Assembly: GCF_006345805.1 (NCBI RefSeq) | Contig: NW_021825235.1 | Coordinates: 1 to 16,309 of the forward strand | Direction: 5' to 3' | DNA from: Octopus sinensis | Taxonomy: Eukaryota | Length of the DNA stretch: 16,309 nucleotides | Shown: one piece after another, positions 1 through 10,127 of the stretch | How the letters are laid out: the number at the start of each line of letters is the position of its first letter | How positions within the stretch are numbered: the stretch's first letter is position 1 | Program-made: the position numbers and the translations under genes | The notes under the pieces: model-generated | Told to the model about the DNA's origin: nothing | Database searches by the model: none | What the model saw: only the letters and a program-made list of their open reading frames with translations

Positions 1-368
1 TTTCGGGTTCAGTCCCATTGCGGGGCACCTTGAGCAAGTCTCTTCTACAGTAACCTCCGGCCGACCAGAGACTTATGAGTGGATTTGGTAGACGGAAACT
101 GAAAGAATCCCGTAGCATATATACATATGTATATATTTATGTGTGTGTGCCTTTGTGTATGTGTTTGTCCCCACCACCTACCATCGCTCGACAACTGATG
201 TTGGTGCGTTTATGTCCCTGTAACTTAGAGTTTCGGCAAAACGATCGATAGAATAAGTACTAGGTTTACATACAATAAGCCCTGGGGGCGATTTTTCGAC
301 TAAAAGGCGGTTCTCCAGCATGGATGCAGTCACACGACTGAAAGAGACAAAAGTACATAAGAATAAAA

Positions 369-370
<2 letters not shown>
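1..370 (+). mobile_element. tRNA-derived SINE, family A (CORE-like; 5' end cut by window edge)
   Basis: Box-B-like GGTTCAGTCCC at the start, then GCACCTTGAGCAAGT (CORE-like), GGATTTGGTAGACGGAAACTGAAAGAA, an internal TA/TG microsatellite, GATAGAATAAGTAC and an A-rich end. Colinear with the copies at 2545, 8023 and 14158. Confidence 0.9.

Positions 371-406
<36 letters not shown>
371..406. repeat. (TA)n microsatellite
   Basis: Pure TA run of about 18 units. Confidence 0.97.
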
Positions 407-411
<5 letters not shown>

Positions 412-585
412 TCTAAAATACGAAGAACAAGCAGAAGAAAAAAATAATATCGCGAGGATGTGGCACATGGAAAGTATTAGCAGACCCTCAGGGAGGGAAA
501 GAATCTCTTCGTCAGAAACAGGAGACGGAGGAAAGTCCAAGAGAAAAAGGAGGTAAAAAATCGCCGACGATTCACATTTGAAAAG
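407..585 (-). mobile_element. Short non-coding element with partial hammerhead motif, subfamily A copy 1
   Basis: Aligns with 10817-10983: CGCGAGGA(T/C)GTGG, AGTATTA, CTCTTCGTC(A/G)GAAACA, AAAAAATCGCC. The minus strand reads GTTT-CTGACGA-A-GAG at 519-505, but the second stem II strand and the GAAA box are missing. Confidence 0.75.
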
Positions 586-589
586 ATTG

Positions 590-597
590 TATATATT

Positions 598-652
<55 letters not shown>

Positions 653-670
653 GTGTGTGTGTGGTGTGGT
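590..670. repeat. Compound (TA)n(TG)n microsatellite
   Basis: Read directly from the sequence. Confidence 0.95.
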
Positions 671-671
671 A

Positions 672-1500
672 TATATATAAGTATAATAATTATATTAGGG
701 AGTATATCCAAACTTACAGGGAAAAATTAGATTTAGGATTAAATCAAATTTCACAGTGTAAATATAAATTAAATTAGGTAACTCAAACAGGGATAGACAT
801 AAGCCAAAACATAAAAAACAAAAAAATAATATAATTAATATAATATATATATAAAATATAAAATGTAAAATTTAAATTATTAAAATTTTTAAATTTATAT
901 TTTTTAATTTTTTAATTATTACATTTTTAAACTTTAGTTTTTTTTATATGACTAACCAAAAAGTATGAAAAAGTTAAATATAATAAGTAAAAACACTACG
1001 TACGTTTCATGTTTATAATTCAATTCGAATTACAATTAAGTTTAATTCAACTGAAAATTCGAATTCAAATTATAGTCAATCTTCAGGTTAATGGTAATAG
1101 TTAAATAAGTAAGCAAACAGAGTTAAACAATATTTTTAAATAAATAAATAAAATAATAATTTTTCTTATAAAAAAACTCTATTATCTAAATTAGAAACTT
1201 AAAACATTAGGATTATATCATACAACCCATTTATTATGTTAAATATTAATTTTTATGGTAAAAAAATAGATAGAAAAATGTAGTTATTTATTAAGATATA
1301 ATATGGCTTTAAAAGCATAATAAACTCACGAATATCGTTAACTCAGTTATAGTCCAATACCTAATTACAAAATTATTTAACAAAATAATCACTATTCATA
1401 TTTTAAATTAAGTTCATATCTAATAATTATAAAATATTTAAAATTAATAACTAAACTATTATCAACAAATATAATAATTAAGATCTAAAATTTACTCTAT
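672..1500 (-). other. Extremely AT-rich, hairpin-rich segment; possible Penelope-like terminal repeat (pLTR) remnant
   Basis: Very low GC, several inverted repeats (e.g. AAATT-A-GATTT / AAATC-A-AATTT at about 725-752) and an embedded hammerhead-like motif at 997-1086. Boundaries are approximate. Confidence 0.35.
997..1086 (-). ncRNA. Type-I hammerhead-ribozyme-like motif with long stem II
   Basis: Minus strand: AC-CTGAAGA-TTGAC-TATAATTTGAATTCGAATT-(24 nt)-AATTCGAATTGAATTATA-AACAT-GAAAC-GTAC-GTA-GT. Both conserved boxes are present, with a ~17-bp hairpin, a palindromic GUAC stem III loop and a GUA triplet. Stem I is only 2 bp. Confidence 0.55.
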
Positions 1501-1953
1501 CAATAAATATATAGACATATAATGGAAAATAAATAAATGTCAGTAAATGTCAAAATGAGTTTCTTATATAATAATTTTGTCTGCAATATTGACATAATAT
1601 CTCGGTGAAATACCTTGGCCAATATTTTCTCGTACATAAACAAAGAGGAAAATGATAAGTTTCTGTGGCATGATATGGAAAGTTATGATATTTAAAAAAT
1701 ATTTTGCTTAATGTTGTATATCAAGATATATTTAAGGGGAAAATTTATTTATCGTACAAAAAACAGAATTGACTGTTTTACTCACTAAAGCGTTGTGTAA
1801 AATAGTTTACCCATGTCAAAACTAAACAGTTTTAGATGGTAGAAAGAACTGCTTTCAATAAATCGAAATAGGTTGACAACTTAACTTAGTGACTTGCTAA
1901 CTGAAATTTTTATTACATATTTGGCTACTTTTATTACTCTTTTCATTTTCCAG

Positions 1954-2075
1954 TTGCCTCAGCTTTTAAAAATGTCCATCCTATTTTAAAACGTGCTAAA
2001 CATTGTTTGGAGATTTCTAAAGAATGGAATATTTGGCCATCTGTACCGAACCATTTAATATTCCATGTGACCTAA
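1954..2075 (+). CDS. Candidate host exon (unverified)
   Basis: Branch-like CTAAC at about 1896 and the acceptor TTTTATTACTCTTTTCATTTTCCAG (AG at 1952-1953), followed by an open frame ASAFKNVHPILKRAKHCLEISKEWNIWPSVPNHLIFHVT-stop. No recognised homology. Confidence 0.2.
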
Positions 2076-2270
2076 TGTATCCATGCATATGTATGTGTAT
2101 ACATACACCTTTTGCTTATTTTGTCAGTTACTAAGTCATTGTCGAATCTGACGGTCAAGCTGTCATAGATGTCTGTGTGTATATTTATATATGTGTGTGT
2201 GCGCGTGTGTGTGTGTGTGTGTGCGTGTGTTTGTTTGTGTGTATCTATATATATACATGCACATACATAC

Positions 2271-2428
<158 letters not shown>

Positions 2429-2544
2429 CGATAGACAAAAATTTAAGATTACGTTTCTTTGTATCCATGAATTTGTCTCTCGACTGAAGTGTTTGCTGAT
2501 GTGTAACATGCATTTTGTCAATAAATGTATATAGATAAATACAT

Positions 2545-2960
2545 AGACGCAGGAGTGGCTGTGTGGTAAGTAGCTTGCTAACCAACTACATGGTTCCGGA
2601 TTCAGTCCCACTGCGTGGCATCTTGGGCAAGTGTCTTCTGCTATAGCCCCGGGCCGACCAATGCCTTGTGAGTGGATTTGGTAGACGGAAACTGAAAGAA
2701 GCCTGTCGTATATATGTATATATATATATGTATGTGTGTGTGTGTTTATGTGTCTGTGTTTGTCCCCCAGGCATTGCTTGACAACCGATGCTGGTGTGTT
2801 TATGTCCCCGTCACCTAGCGGTTCAGCAAAAGAGACCGATAGAATAAGTACTAGGCTTACAAAGCATAAGTCCCGGGGTCGATTTGCTCGACTAAAGGCG
2901 GTGCTCCAGCATGGCCGCAGTCAAATGACTGAAACAAGTAAAAGAGTAAAGAGTAAGAGT
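2545..2960 (+). mobile_element. tRNA-derived SINE, family A, full length
   Basis: Box A-like TGGCTGTGTGG, box B-like GATTCAGTCCC, CTTGGGCAAGT CORE-like block, internal microsatellite, 3' domain with GGGGTCGATTTGCTCGAC, and an (AAAGAGT)n tail. Resembles the octopus tRNA-derived OR-type SINEs; the exact family name was not verified. Confidence 0.92.
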
Positions 2961-2974
2961 AGACGCACTGAAAC

Positions 2975-3092
2975 ATACATAGATACATAGATATACATAC
3001 ATACATACATACTTACACACACACACACATATATATACATGCATCATATAAAGATATATATATGTATGTATATATATATATTATATATATTA

Positions 3093-3125
<33 letters not shown>

Positions 3126-3126
3126 A
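2975..3126. repeat. Compound (ATAC)n/(CA)n/(TA)n low-complexity tract
   Basis: Read directly from the sequence. Confidence 0.9.
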
Positions 3127-3186
3127 GTCGATGTAATCGACTTTCTGTCTGTTTTCCCCTATGTATATATTATGTGGTAGTATAAA
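3127..3186 (+). mobile_element. 3' remnant of SINE family B
   Basis: GTCGATGTAATCGACTT is identical to 15106-15122 and is followed by TGTCTGTTTTCCCCT, similar to 15131-15153. Confidence 0.65.
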
Positions 3187-3442
3187 TATATATATTATTA
3201 TATCTCATATATATATATAAGCATGCGTTTTTGCATAACTATAAATTACAAAATAACCTTAGCAGAATTTGCTGAGAAAAAAAGTTTGATTATAACATAC
3301 ACACGTTCATATAGACACATTTATTTATAAATACCTGAACACATACTTATATACACATACATACGCTCACTTACAAGCGTTCGCCGAAAAATGACACCTG
3401 TTACCTGTACGATTAACGAAATTACATGGGTTATTGCCTTAC

Positions 3443-3521
3443 CTGTACTGCAAAAGTTGTCATATCTTTTTGATATTTTTGAAATGGAAGTAGCGTGTGA
3501 TAATAACTTAGATTCCCTGAC
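3443..3521 (-). CDS. Candidate 79-nt internal exon of a minus-strand host gene (unverified)
   Basis: Minus strand: TTTATTTCAG| acceptor and CAG|GTAAGG donor. Two open frames: SGNLSYYHTLLPFQKYQKDMTTFAVQ or VRESKLLSHATSISKISKRYDNFCST. No recognised homology. Confidence 0.35.
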
Positions 3522-3601
3522 CTGAAATAAACTTAGATCTCAATGACGACGACCATGACAACAACGTCGAAAACGACAAATACAAATCAAGGTAAAAATC
3601 T

Positions 3602-3746
3602 ACCATCACCACCACCACCACCACCACCACCACCACCACCACCACACAACCACACCACTATAGTCACAACCACCATCGCCACAACTACCACCGCTGCCGC
3701 CGCCACCACCACCACCACCACCACCACCACCACCACTACTACTACT
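3602..3746. repeat. Compound (ACC)n/(ACT)n trinucleotide repeat
   Basis: Two ACC runs separated by degenerate units. Explains the poly-Pro/poly-Thr ORF at 3543-3800. Confidence 0.93.
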
Positions 3747-3860
3747 AATTTGACGATGGAACTGACGATAGTGCTGATACATACATTTCTATACTTATGA
3801 ACCGACTATATAAATATTTGATGAAGGAGAGATGGAGGATGGAAGAAACGAGAATATTTT

Positions 3861-3904
3861 GTTGATCCCTACAATTGTTTCGAGATGTATCTCGCTAAAA
3901 CAAC
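3861..3904 (-). ncRNA. Degenerate hammerhead-like remnant downstream of the Penelope-like ORF
   Basis: Minus strand: GTTG-TTTTAGC-GAGA-TACA-TCTC-GAAAC-AATT-GTA-GGGATCAAC. Stem II, the GAAAC box, a palindromic AAUU loop and a GUA triplet are present; the CUGANGA box is lost. Confidence 0.35.
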
Positions 3905-4289
3905 GCTTGTTCTGCAAATTTCCTTCTCGGTTTGTGTATAGAAAACAAGCAAATTATGGGATATAACTTCATTATTATAGAAAATCAATAAAAATCAGAT
4001 AAAAAATGTAAAGAATACACAATACAGCGAAAAAAGTATTAAATATAACCAATAATAAATATGGATATATAAACGCTCTCGTTGGCGCACGTACACTCAC
4101 TCGTACAAACTTAGACGAAGATATAAGCATACGAACATACACTCACACAGCGAATTAAATAGATACTTGCGTTAATAAGAATGAAGAGATTATAATTAAT
4201 TCATCCATACCCTCATGTGAATTATGGTAATTAATTTGGTTAACGGTTGATAAAATTCATTCTCACTGCATTGTGCGCAAGTTATGCGT

Positions 4290-5480
4290 ATGTTATAAGT
4301 ATGTAAGCACCTTGACAGTCTTTTAGAAGTCCTATTAATGATCTTGTCGTTGGTCCACAAAATAGACTTGGATTTCTCGGAGTAGAGTCCGCACCTCCTA
4401 GAAAGGGTATTTTATAGTTGTGCGTGGACCAAGTTATATCATTTTTATTTTGTATCCTCCTTCAGTCACCACACAAAATCAACCGAAGTTATCGAATGCC
4501 TCATGTTGAGGTTCTTAAAGCTGGCGACCTGTTTGCAATAACGATTCTTGAATGAATCAGTCGTTGCCCCGATGTAAACGTACGATCCTCCTCTTGTGTA
4601 TACGGTGCATTTATATACAAGATTCGTACTCATACAGTGGTTCATCATTGGGTATTTTGTTTTTTCTCTGTATGCCCATTTATTAAAGTTAACTGTATTT
4701 GTGGCAGTGCTGACTTCATTTTCCGACACAGTTAGCGTGTTGGCTATATCACTATTATTGCTATTTTTACGATGTGGCCACATCAAGTATTTTTCAGTCT
4801 GGTTGGTATTTCCTTTCTTGACATTTTGATGTATATATTTACTGTCTTCTGTTTATCGAGCCGGAAGTAGTTCGCTCATCATAAGTTACAGTTCCAGTAG
4901 GTGGATTACTCAACAGTTGCTTCATTTTGCTGTTATTAATGCGATGCATAAGCTGCTCTAAACTAATAGAGTTAGCATATGACACCTTCACTGTGTGTCT
5001 ATTAAAAATAGCATGGTATCATTTGATACTGGGAAACATTTGTTTAAAGCAGCAAAAAATTCGTAGCGAACTTCGTTGAAACATGTGAACCGTGTATTGA
5101 GTTGTACCAGAGGACATCATGATTCTTATATTTGCTGTTTGGTTATTTGTTCCAGTATGTTGTACAGGATTGGGACAATTTTTTGTGTTATAGGCGGTAG
5201 TACGATTTGTGTGTGTCTATGAGTTTTGGTTTGTAGTTTATTGCTTTGACCAGTTCTTTTTTATCTGTATTTTCGATCTGAATCTATTCGCTTACTGTCA
5301 CATGTTCTGTTGGTGTGTAATGTGTATTATTTGTGGAGTAATTGGCAGAGTTATGTATATCTATGTCTTACATGTACTAAATTTTCTCTTGGTGACCAGC
5401 CCTAAATAATGTAATATTGTAATAGGGTGCATGTTGTAAAAAACAATTCTTTATTAGCAGATAACCTGGATATTCTTATT

Positions 5481-5482
<2 letters not shown>
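4290..5482 (-). pseudogene. Decayed Penelope-like retroelement: RT thumb and C-terminal GIY-YIG endonuclease, Naiad-like
   Basis: Minus-strand pieces in order, across stops and frameshifts: RISRLSANKELF; HAPYYNITLFRAGH; VLWYNSIHGSHVSTKFATNFLLL; YHAIFNRHTVKVSYANS; YPMMNHCMSTNLVYKCTV..YVYIGATTDSFKNRY..VASF; FVW*LK; ITWS; RCGLYSEK; IINRTSKRLSRCLH. These match my recollection of Naiad-type thumb (WFNPP..FP..IFN.NT.K.SYS) and endonuclease (VY..V..YIG.T..FK.RY..SF..W.LK..I.W..C.LC.EK..LN.R..CRH) motifs. Confidence 0.85.
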
Positions 5483-5546
<64 letters not shown>

Positions 5547-5565
5547 TCACATACACACACACACA
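5483..5565. repeat. Compound (TA)n(TATG)n(CA)n microsatellite
   Basis: Read directly from the sequence. It abuts the truncated 5' end of the Penelope-like fragment. Confidence 0.95.
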
Positions 5566-5599
5566 TATTCTACTATATTTAAAATAATACATATTTACT

Positions 5600-6000
5600 A
5601 TGGACGATATACAATAAACGTCCTGGGTTAGCTGAAGCTTATCTACACATATATGCCTCAACAAATTTCTTTCCTAACTTTCAGAAACATGGATATTCTT
5701 TGATGAAATTTTCTACAAATGTGCTTTAGATGGTGTAGATAAGGAGTAGATTCGGATTATAATGGAGTTGGATGTGAATATAAATTTTTCGAAAAAAAAA
5801 AATTGATGAGTGTTAGTATGTATGTGTACTTTTCCAATAATTTTAATTGCGTATTAAATTCTTAAGTAATCATAATCTACACTTGGAAAGGTATTTGTCG
5901 AGTTCTTCATCTAAAAATAATTACTTTTCCGAAAGATATGAGGAAACAAATCCAACACGTATGAATCTTCTGAATCTCCTCCACCACATCCCCTAAATAT
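5600..6000 (-). pseudogene. Possible second, older Penelope-like RT fragment
   Basis: Minus-strand pieces across frames: GGDSEDS..VG(L)F (motif-B'-like), VDY, YIHIQLHYNP (cf. YIH..S.HP), LKHICRKFHQRISM..KEI. GGATATTCTT is shared with the copy at about 5468. Spacing implies deletions. Confidence 0.4.
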
Positions 6001-6220
6001 ATATTTTCAGAACAAATTCAGATATATTCGAAATCTACACTATCTGAAGAATATTTATGGAAAATGTTTTTGAAAAATATCAATTTTTGTGGATGTTATG
6101 ACGAAATAAATTCGGTGAGGCGTATTTGTGTATATATGCCTATTACTTTAACATAAGTAACACTAACATTATATTGTTGTTATATATCTATATATATCAT
6201 CTAGCTCCGCTTGACTCTGA

Positions 6221-6571
6221 TTACCCTGCGCGCATAGGCGAAAGCAGGGTATTGTAGTCGCTCGTCTTAGTCTGTTGGTGTGTTTGCAAAATTATTGGAA
6301 ATTGGCTGAAAGTGTTTCCACCAAATTTGGTAGAAATACTCATTGGGCGAGTGGGCTCGAACTCATTAAATTTTGGTTTGATTATCTTCAAAACTGGAGG
6401 ACGAGGGAATAAAAATGTTTTTTTTCTCTTCCTTATGCATAAACAATAAACAGGGGAAATAACTCTTGATGTCATTTTGCAATACGAACTTGTCTGAGAG
6501 AATATTTATTGAATTAAATTAAATTTATCCTTGTGAGCGCGCCGGGTATGCATCGCCCCTCCGATGCTGTT
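6221..6571 (+). mobile_element. Non-autonomous Helentron-associated element (HINE/DINE-1-like)
   Basis: 5' subTIR TACCCTGCGCGC (6222-6233) vs 3' GCGCGCCGGGTA (6537-6548) gives an 11/12 inverted match. Local partner GCAGGGTA lies at 6244-6251. A short GTCT/GTGT tract follows, then a 3' hairpin GCATCG-CCCCTC-CGATGC (6550-6567) and a T-rich flank. Confidence 0.8.
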
Positions 6572-6793
6572 ATTTTTTCATTTTGTATCTAACAATATTT
6601 AATGATATAACTGCATGTTATATATAAACAAAGAATATACTTCTTTCATTCAGTTTGCAATAAAAGAGTGCCAATAATGTGACTGAGATGAGCTCAGTTT
6701 TTGACGACACATAAACATAAATAGGATAACTGTATTTACGACGATTAACGAAAACTAACTGCATTGAAAAATGCATCGCAGTATGTGTATATA

Positions 6794-7040
6794 TCTTAAT
6801 ATATAAAATACCCTGTCTGTGTGTATGTCCTCAATGCACGCTCAAAACTCTGGATCAATCTGTACCATACTTGGGGTACATGAATAATTTCACCTTGGAA
6901 AGATAATACTGTCATTATTTATTTTGTTTTTATTAAAAATAAATAATATTGCTTTGTATATAAAGGTTCACTTCTTCAAATCGTTTTCTCAACTTCCTGT
7001 GTTTGAACTTCCTGTCTTTGGTGTCCTAACCAGCTATTTA
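6794..7040 (+). mobile_element. Possible non-autonomous Helitron-type element
   Basis: A|TCTTAATATATAAAA start followed by CTGTCTGTGTGT and AAAACTCTGGATCAATC, typical of small invertebrate Helitrons. The 3' end is unclear (CAGCTAT instead of CTAG, no clear hairpin). Confidence 0.35.
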
Positions 7041-7174
7041 CACACACACACATATATGTATACATCATTACAGTTGTGACGATTTCTGATAAAAAAGAAT
7101 TTCTGAGGGTATTTTCGTGTCAAAAATAGTGCATGTGGTTTATATGCTTTTGCTTCTGTTTGTTTGTATACATA

Positions 7175-7181
7175 CATACAT

Positions 7182-7245
<64 letters not shown>
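7175..7245. repeat. (CA)n(TA)n microsatellite
   Basis: Read directly from the sequence. Confidence 0.95.
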
Positions 7246-7464
7246 GATCAAAACAGTTTGATTTAAATTCCTTGGTACTCTGAGTTTCAAGCATGATGCT
7301 AATCTTCGGCCATAGGAGTTTGAATGAGGAGTCGGTTGAAGAGAGTCAATGTTTATTACTGGACGTTAACCCGTGATTGGTCGAGAATTGTCACGTTGTG
7401 TCACAGTTTGATGTTGGTATTTCAGCGACAACTATTACTTGGAAAATTGCTTGGAAAATATCGT

Positions 7465-7570
7465 ATATATATACATACAGACTTCCACGCAGTCCAGTTT
7501 CCACATTGCTAGAATAAACTTCTGAAAGTGCTGCTTAGTAGGACTAAACCCGAAAGTATGTGAATATCTC
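7465..7570 (-). mobile_element. Old degenerate SINE family A head
   Basis: AAAGTGCTGCTTAGTAGGACTAAACCCGAAAGTATGTG resembles AAGGTGCCACGCAGTGGACTGAACCCGGAACCATGTG at 8403-8438. Confidence 0.55.
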
Positions 7571-8022
7571 GCGCATAGGACTGAAGTCTTGGATAGCCCT
7601 ACTAACATAGCTACTAACTTTTACTGCCGTTCATAATTAGCTTCTACGTTGTTCATATTTAGATCAGTAATGATCTAGTGGGCATATTCTCAGACAACCC
7701 CACCAACACTGTCTTGTCTTTCTTTCTATAGGCACAAAATATCAAGGACTACATTATTCAATGTTTCCTTTTTTTTAAGGCTACAGGATGTAGTTAGAGC
7801 TAAATTAATTTTTTATTTCCACCGTATGTGTGTCCACGTATAATCACTCTTGTTCGTAGTACTGAAGTGTCATTTTAGGAGGGCTATTTTTCGCTCTCAT
7901 TCCCAGTTTGCCTTGCTCGAATGAGTAGATAATTAAACTTCACTATGTCCTCTTTTCAACTATGACTAACCGTGTTATGTTCTCTTTTCATTTTAGACAC
8001 AATGCATTTAGGAATTCATTAT

Positions 8023-8480
8023 ACTCTTTCTTTTAACTCTTTTTCTTGTTTCAGTCATTTGACTGTGGCATGCTGGAGCACCACCTTTTAGTCGAGCAAA
8101 TCGACCCCAGGACTTATTCGTATGTAAGCCCAGTACTTATTCTATCGGTCTCTTTTGCCGAACCGCTAAGTTACGGGGACGTAAACACACCAGCATCGGT
8201 TGTCAAGCGATGTTGGGGGGACAAACACAGACACACAAACATACACCACACACACACCACACCAACACACACATACACCACCACTCACACACACACACAC
8301 ACACCACTATATATATATATATATATATACGACGGGCTTCTTTCAGTTTCCGTGTACCAAGGCTTTGGTCGGCGCGAGGCTATAGTAGAAGACACTTGCC
8401 CAAGGTGCCACGCAGTGGACTGAACCCGGAACCATGTGGTTCGTAAGCAAGCTACTTACCACACAGCCACTCCTACGCCT
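8023..8480 (-). mobile_element. tRNA-derived SINE, family A, full length, reverse orientation
   Basis: Reverse complement is colinear with 2545-2960, from GGCGTAGGAGTGGCTGTGTGGTAAG through GACTGAAACAAG to the A-rich tail. The internal microsatellite is expanded to about 100 bp. Confidence 0.92.
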
Positions 8481-9081
8481 CCAGAAGAACCTTTCTTTGG
8501 TAGGATGTTATTCGAAGAAGATTTGGTAGTTTTAACTATTCAACCGGACATTCACGTACAGATTCCTTCATTAAATTGCTATCGCTTCTCTCTGCTGTTG
8601 CAATTTATTAATAATGTCGGCTGCGATTTTTTTACATCTGATGCTCTGTGGTACTTGACTGTATTGTTAAAGCAGCCACAGACACATCTTTATACACCAG
8701 CGTCTCTCTCTGTCATTTTTGTGACGACACAAAGAAGAGAATGCTAGGAACACCTCGCACACCTAGCTGACCTCTTTTATGTTATTGATATATAATTATT
8801 GCTGATACTGTTGCTCTTGACGTTGTTAATGCTACTGCCACTGTTATTGTTTCTACGCCTATAGATGTTTCCTTGCTGTCTTGACACTGTCCGGACTGCC
8901 TTTGTCGTTAGACACATATTTTCTGCTCTCAACTTACTATTGCTGGACCGCCCGTGTCTTCATTTCCTCCATTGTACAGTCACAACCGGAAGTGAATGTT
9001 TTACACCCGATAAAGACAAAACTAAACGAGGAAAATTGTTAAACACACACATTCACAGATACATACCCACATACACATGCG

Positions 9082-9186
<105 letters not shown>

Positions 9187-9380
9187 GTCTGTATATCTAT
9201 CTATCTGCATGTATCTATCTGTTTGTATTTGTATGTATCTATATATATGGATGTGTTGGGTCTGCGTACGCGTATATATGTGTGTGTTTGTGAATATGAG
9301 TGTGCGAATGTTTATACATACATATACCTACACGAGCACACACACGAATATATGTATATATATATAATACACATACACAT

Positions 9381-9470
9381 AGGTGTAGAGGCATGGCTGT
9401 GTGCTTAAGAAGTTCGCTGCCAAACTGCGTGTCACATCTACTAAAAGCCTTGGTCAAAGTCTTGCCAGCT
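9381..9470 (+). mobile_element. Degenerate SINE family A-like 5' head
   Basis: GGTGTAGAGGCATGGCTGTGTGCTTAAGAAGTTCGCT resembles GGCGTAGGAGTGGCTGTGTGGTAAGTAGCTTGCT. Confidence 0.55.
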
Positions 9471-10059
9471 GATTGGGTAGAAGAAAAAGAGAAGCTAGTC
9501 GAACACACACACACATTCACACTCACACACACTTACACACACATGCACACTCATGCACTCACATAAATACCCACGCTCACACACATACGCGCGTGCGCGC
9601 ACACAGAAATTCACATACACGCACAGACATATACACAGAGTAGACAAAAGAATCACGCTCTGAACAAACTTTCATTCTGCATCCAGTAGAGGCTGTTGAG
9701 TCTTCCTTCTAAAGTAACATCACAAAATTGAGGAACCTATAAAAATATGTGAGATAATGTCAATATTTCTTTATTTGCGTAAATAACATTTATCATGCGA
9801 AGATGTATCGTGACAAAATTTTATCCAATCTTCAACGGAGTGACTTTCAGCGATTTGTCTAGTCTAAGACTTCATCTAATCACATCGAGTCCAAATTCCC
9901 TGGACCTTTTTTCACCTCTGCTGGAATCCGTAGGTTTTCCCTCTTTTGGCTTTTGATATTTTCTTCATTATAGCGTTTCTCATCACTTCCGATTTTGTTT
10001 GCCATCTCTCTGTCTTAATGTCAATGCTTCTAACATTTATAATGTCGATTCAATAATGC

Positions 10060-10096
10060 ACTCACACACAGACACACACACACGCACACACACACA

Positions 10097-10127
<31 letters not shown>

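Noticed and set aside
720-1500. AT-rich block as a mitochondrial insertion (NUMT)
   Set aside because: No recognisable mitochondrial rRNA, tRNA or protein motif; the resemblance near 1205 to the 12S TAGGATTAGATACCC motif is poor. A BLAST against the mitogenome would settle it.
2551-2620. SINE heads as real tRNA genes (also at 14957)
   Set aside because: A/B boxes are present, but there is no cloverleaf, and each continues into repeat body sequence.
3543-3800. Poly-Pro/poly-Thr mucin-like ORF
   Set aside because: Fully explained by the (ACC)n repeat; no splice or homology support.
4466-4468. In-frame TGA in the Naiad-like endonuclease as possible selenocysteine (some Naiads encode selenoproteins)
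   Set aside because: It falls in VW*LK, not at a Cys position, and the element has many other stops and frameshifts; no SECIS was recognised.
4596-4829. Hydrophobic plus-strand ORF resembling a membrane protein
   Set aside because: It is the antisense shadow of the Penelope-like endonuclease region.
6044-6066. Plus-strand CTGAAGA..GAAA as a hammerhead
   Set aside because: No stem II and no NUH/stem I context.
8436-8747. 103-aa plus-strand ORF, and minus-strand CRHKN resembling a PLE endonuclease end
   Set aside because: The ORF starts inside a SINE and has no recognisable motif; CRHKN lacks the upstream LN.R.E context.
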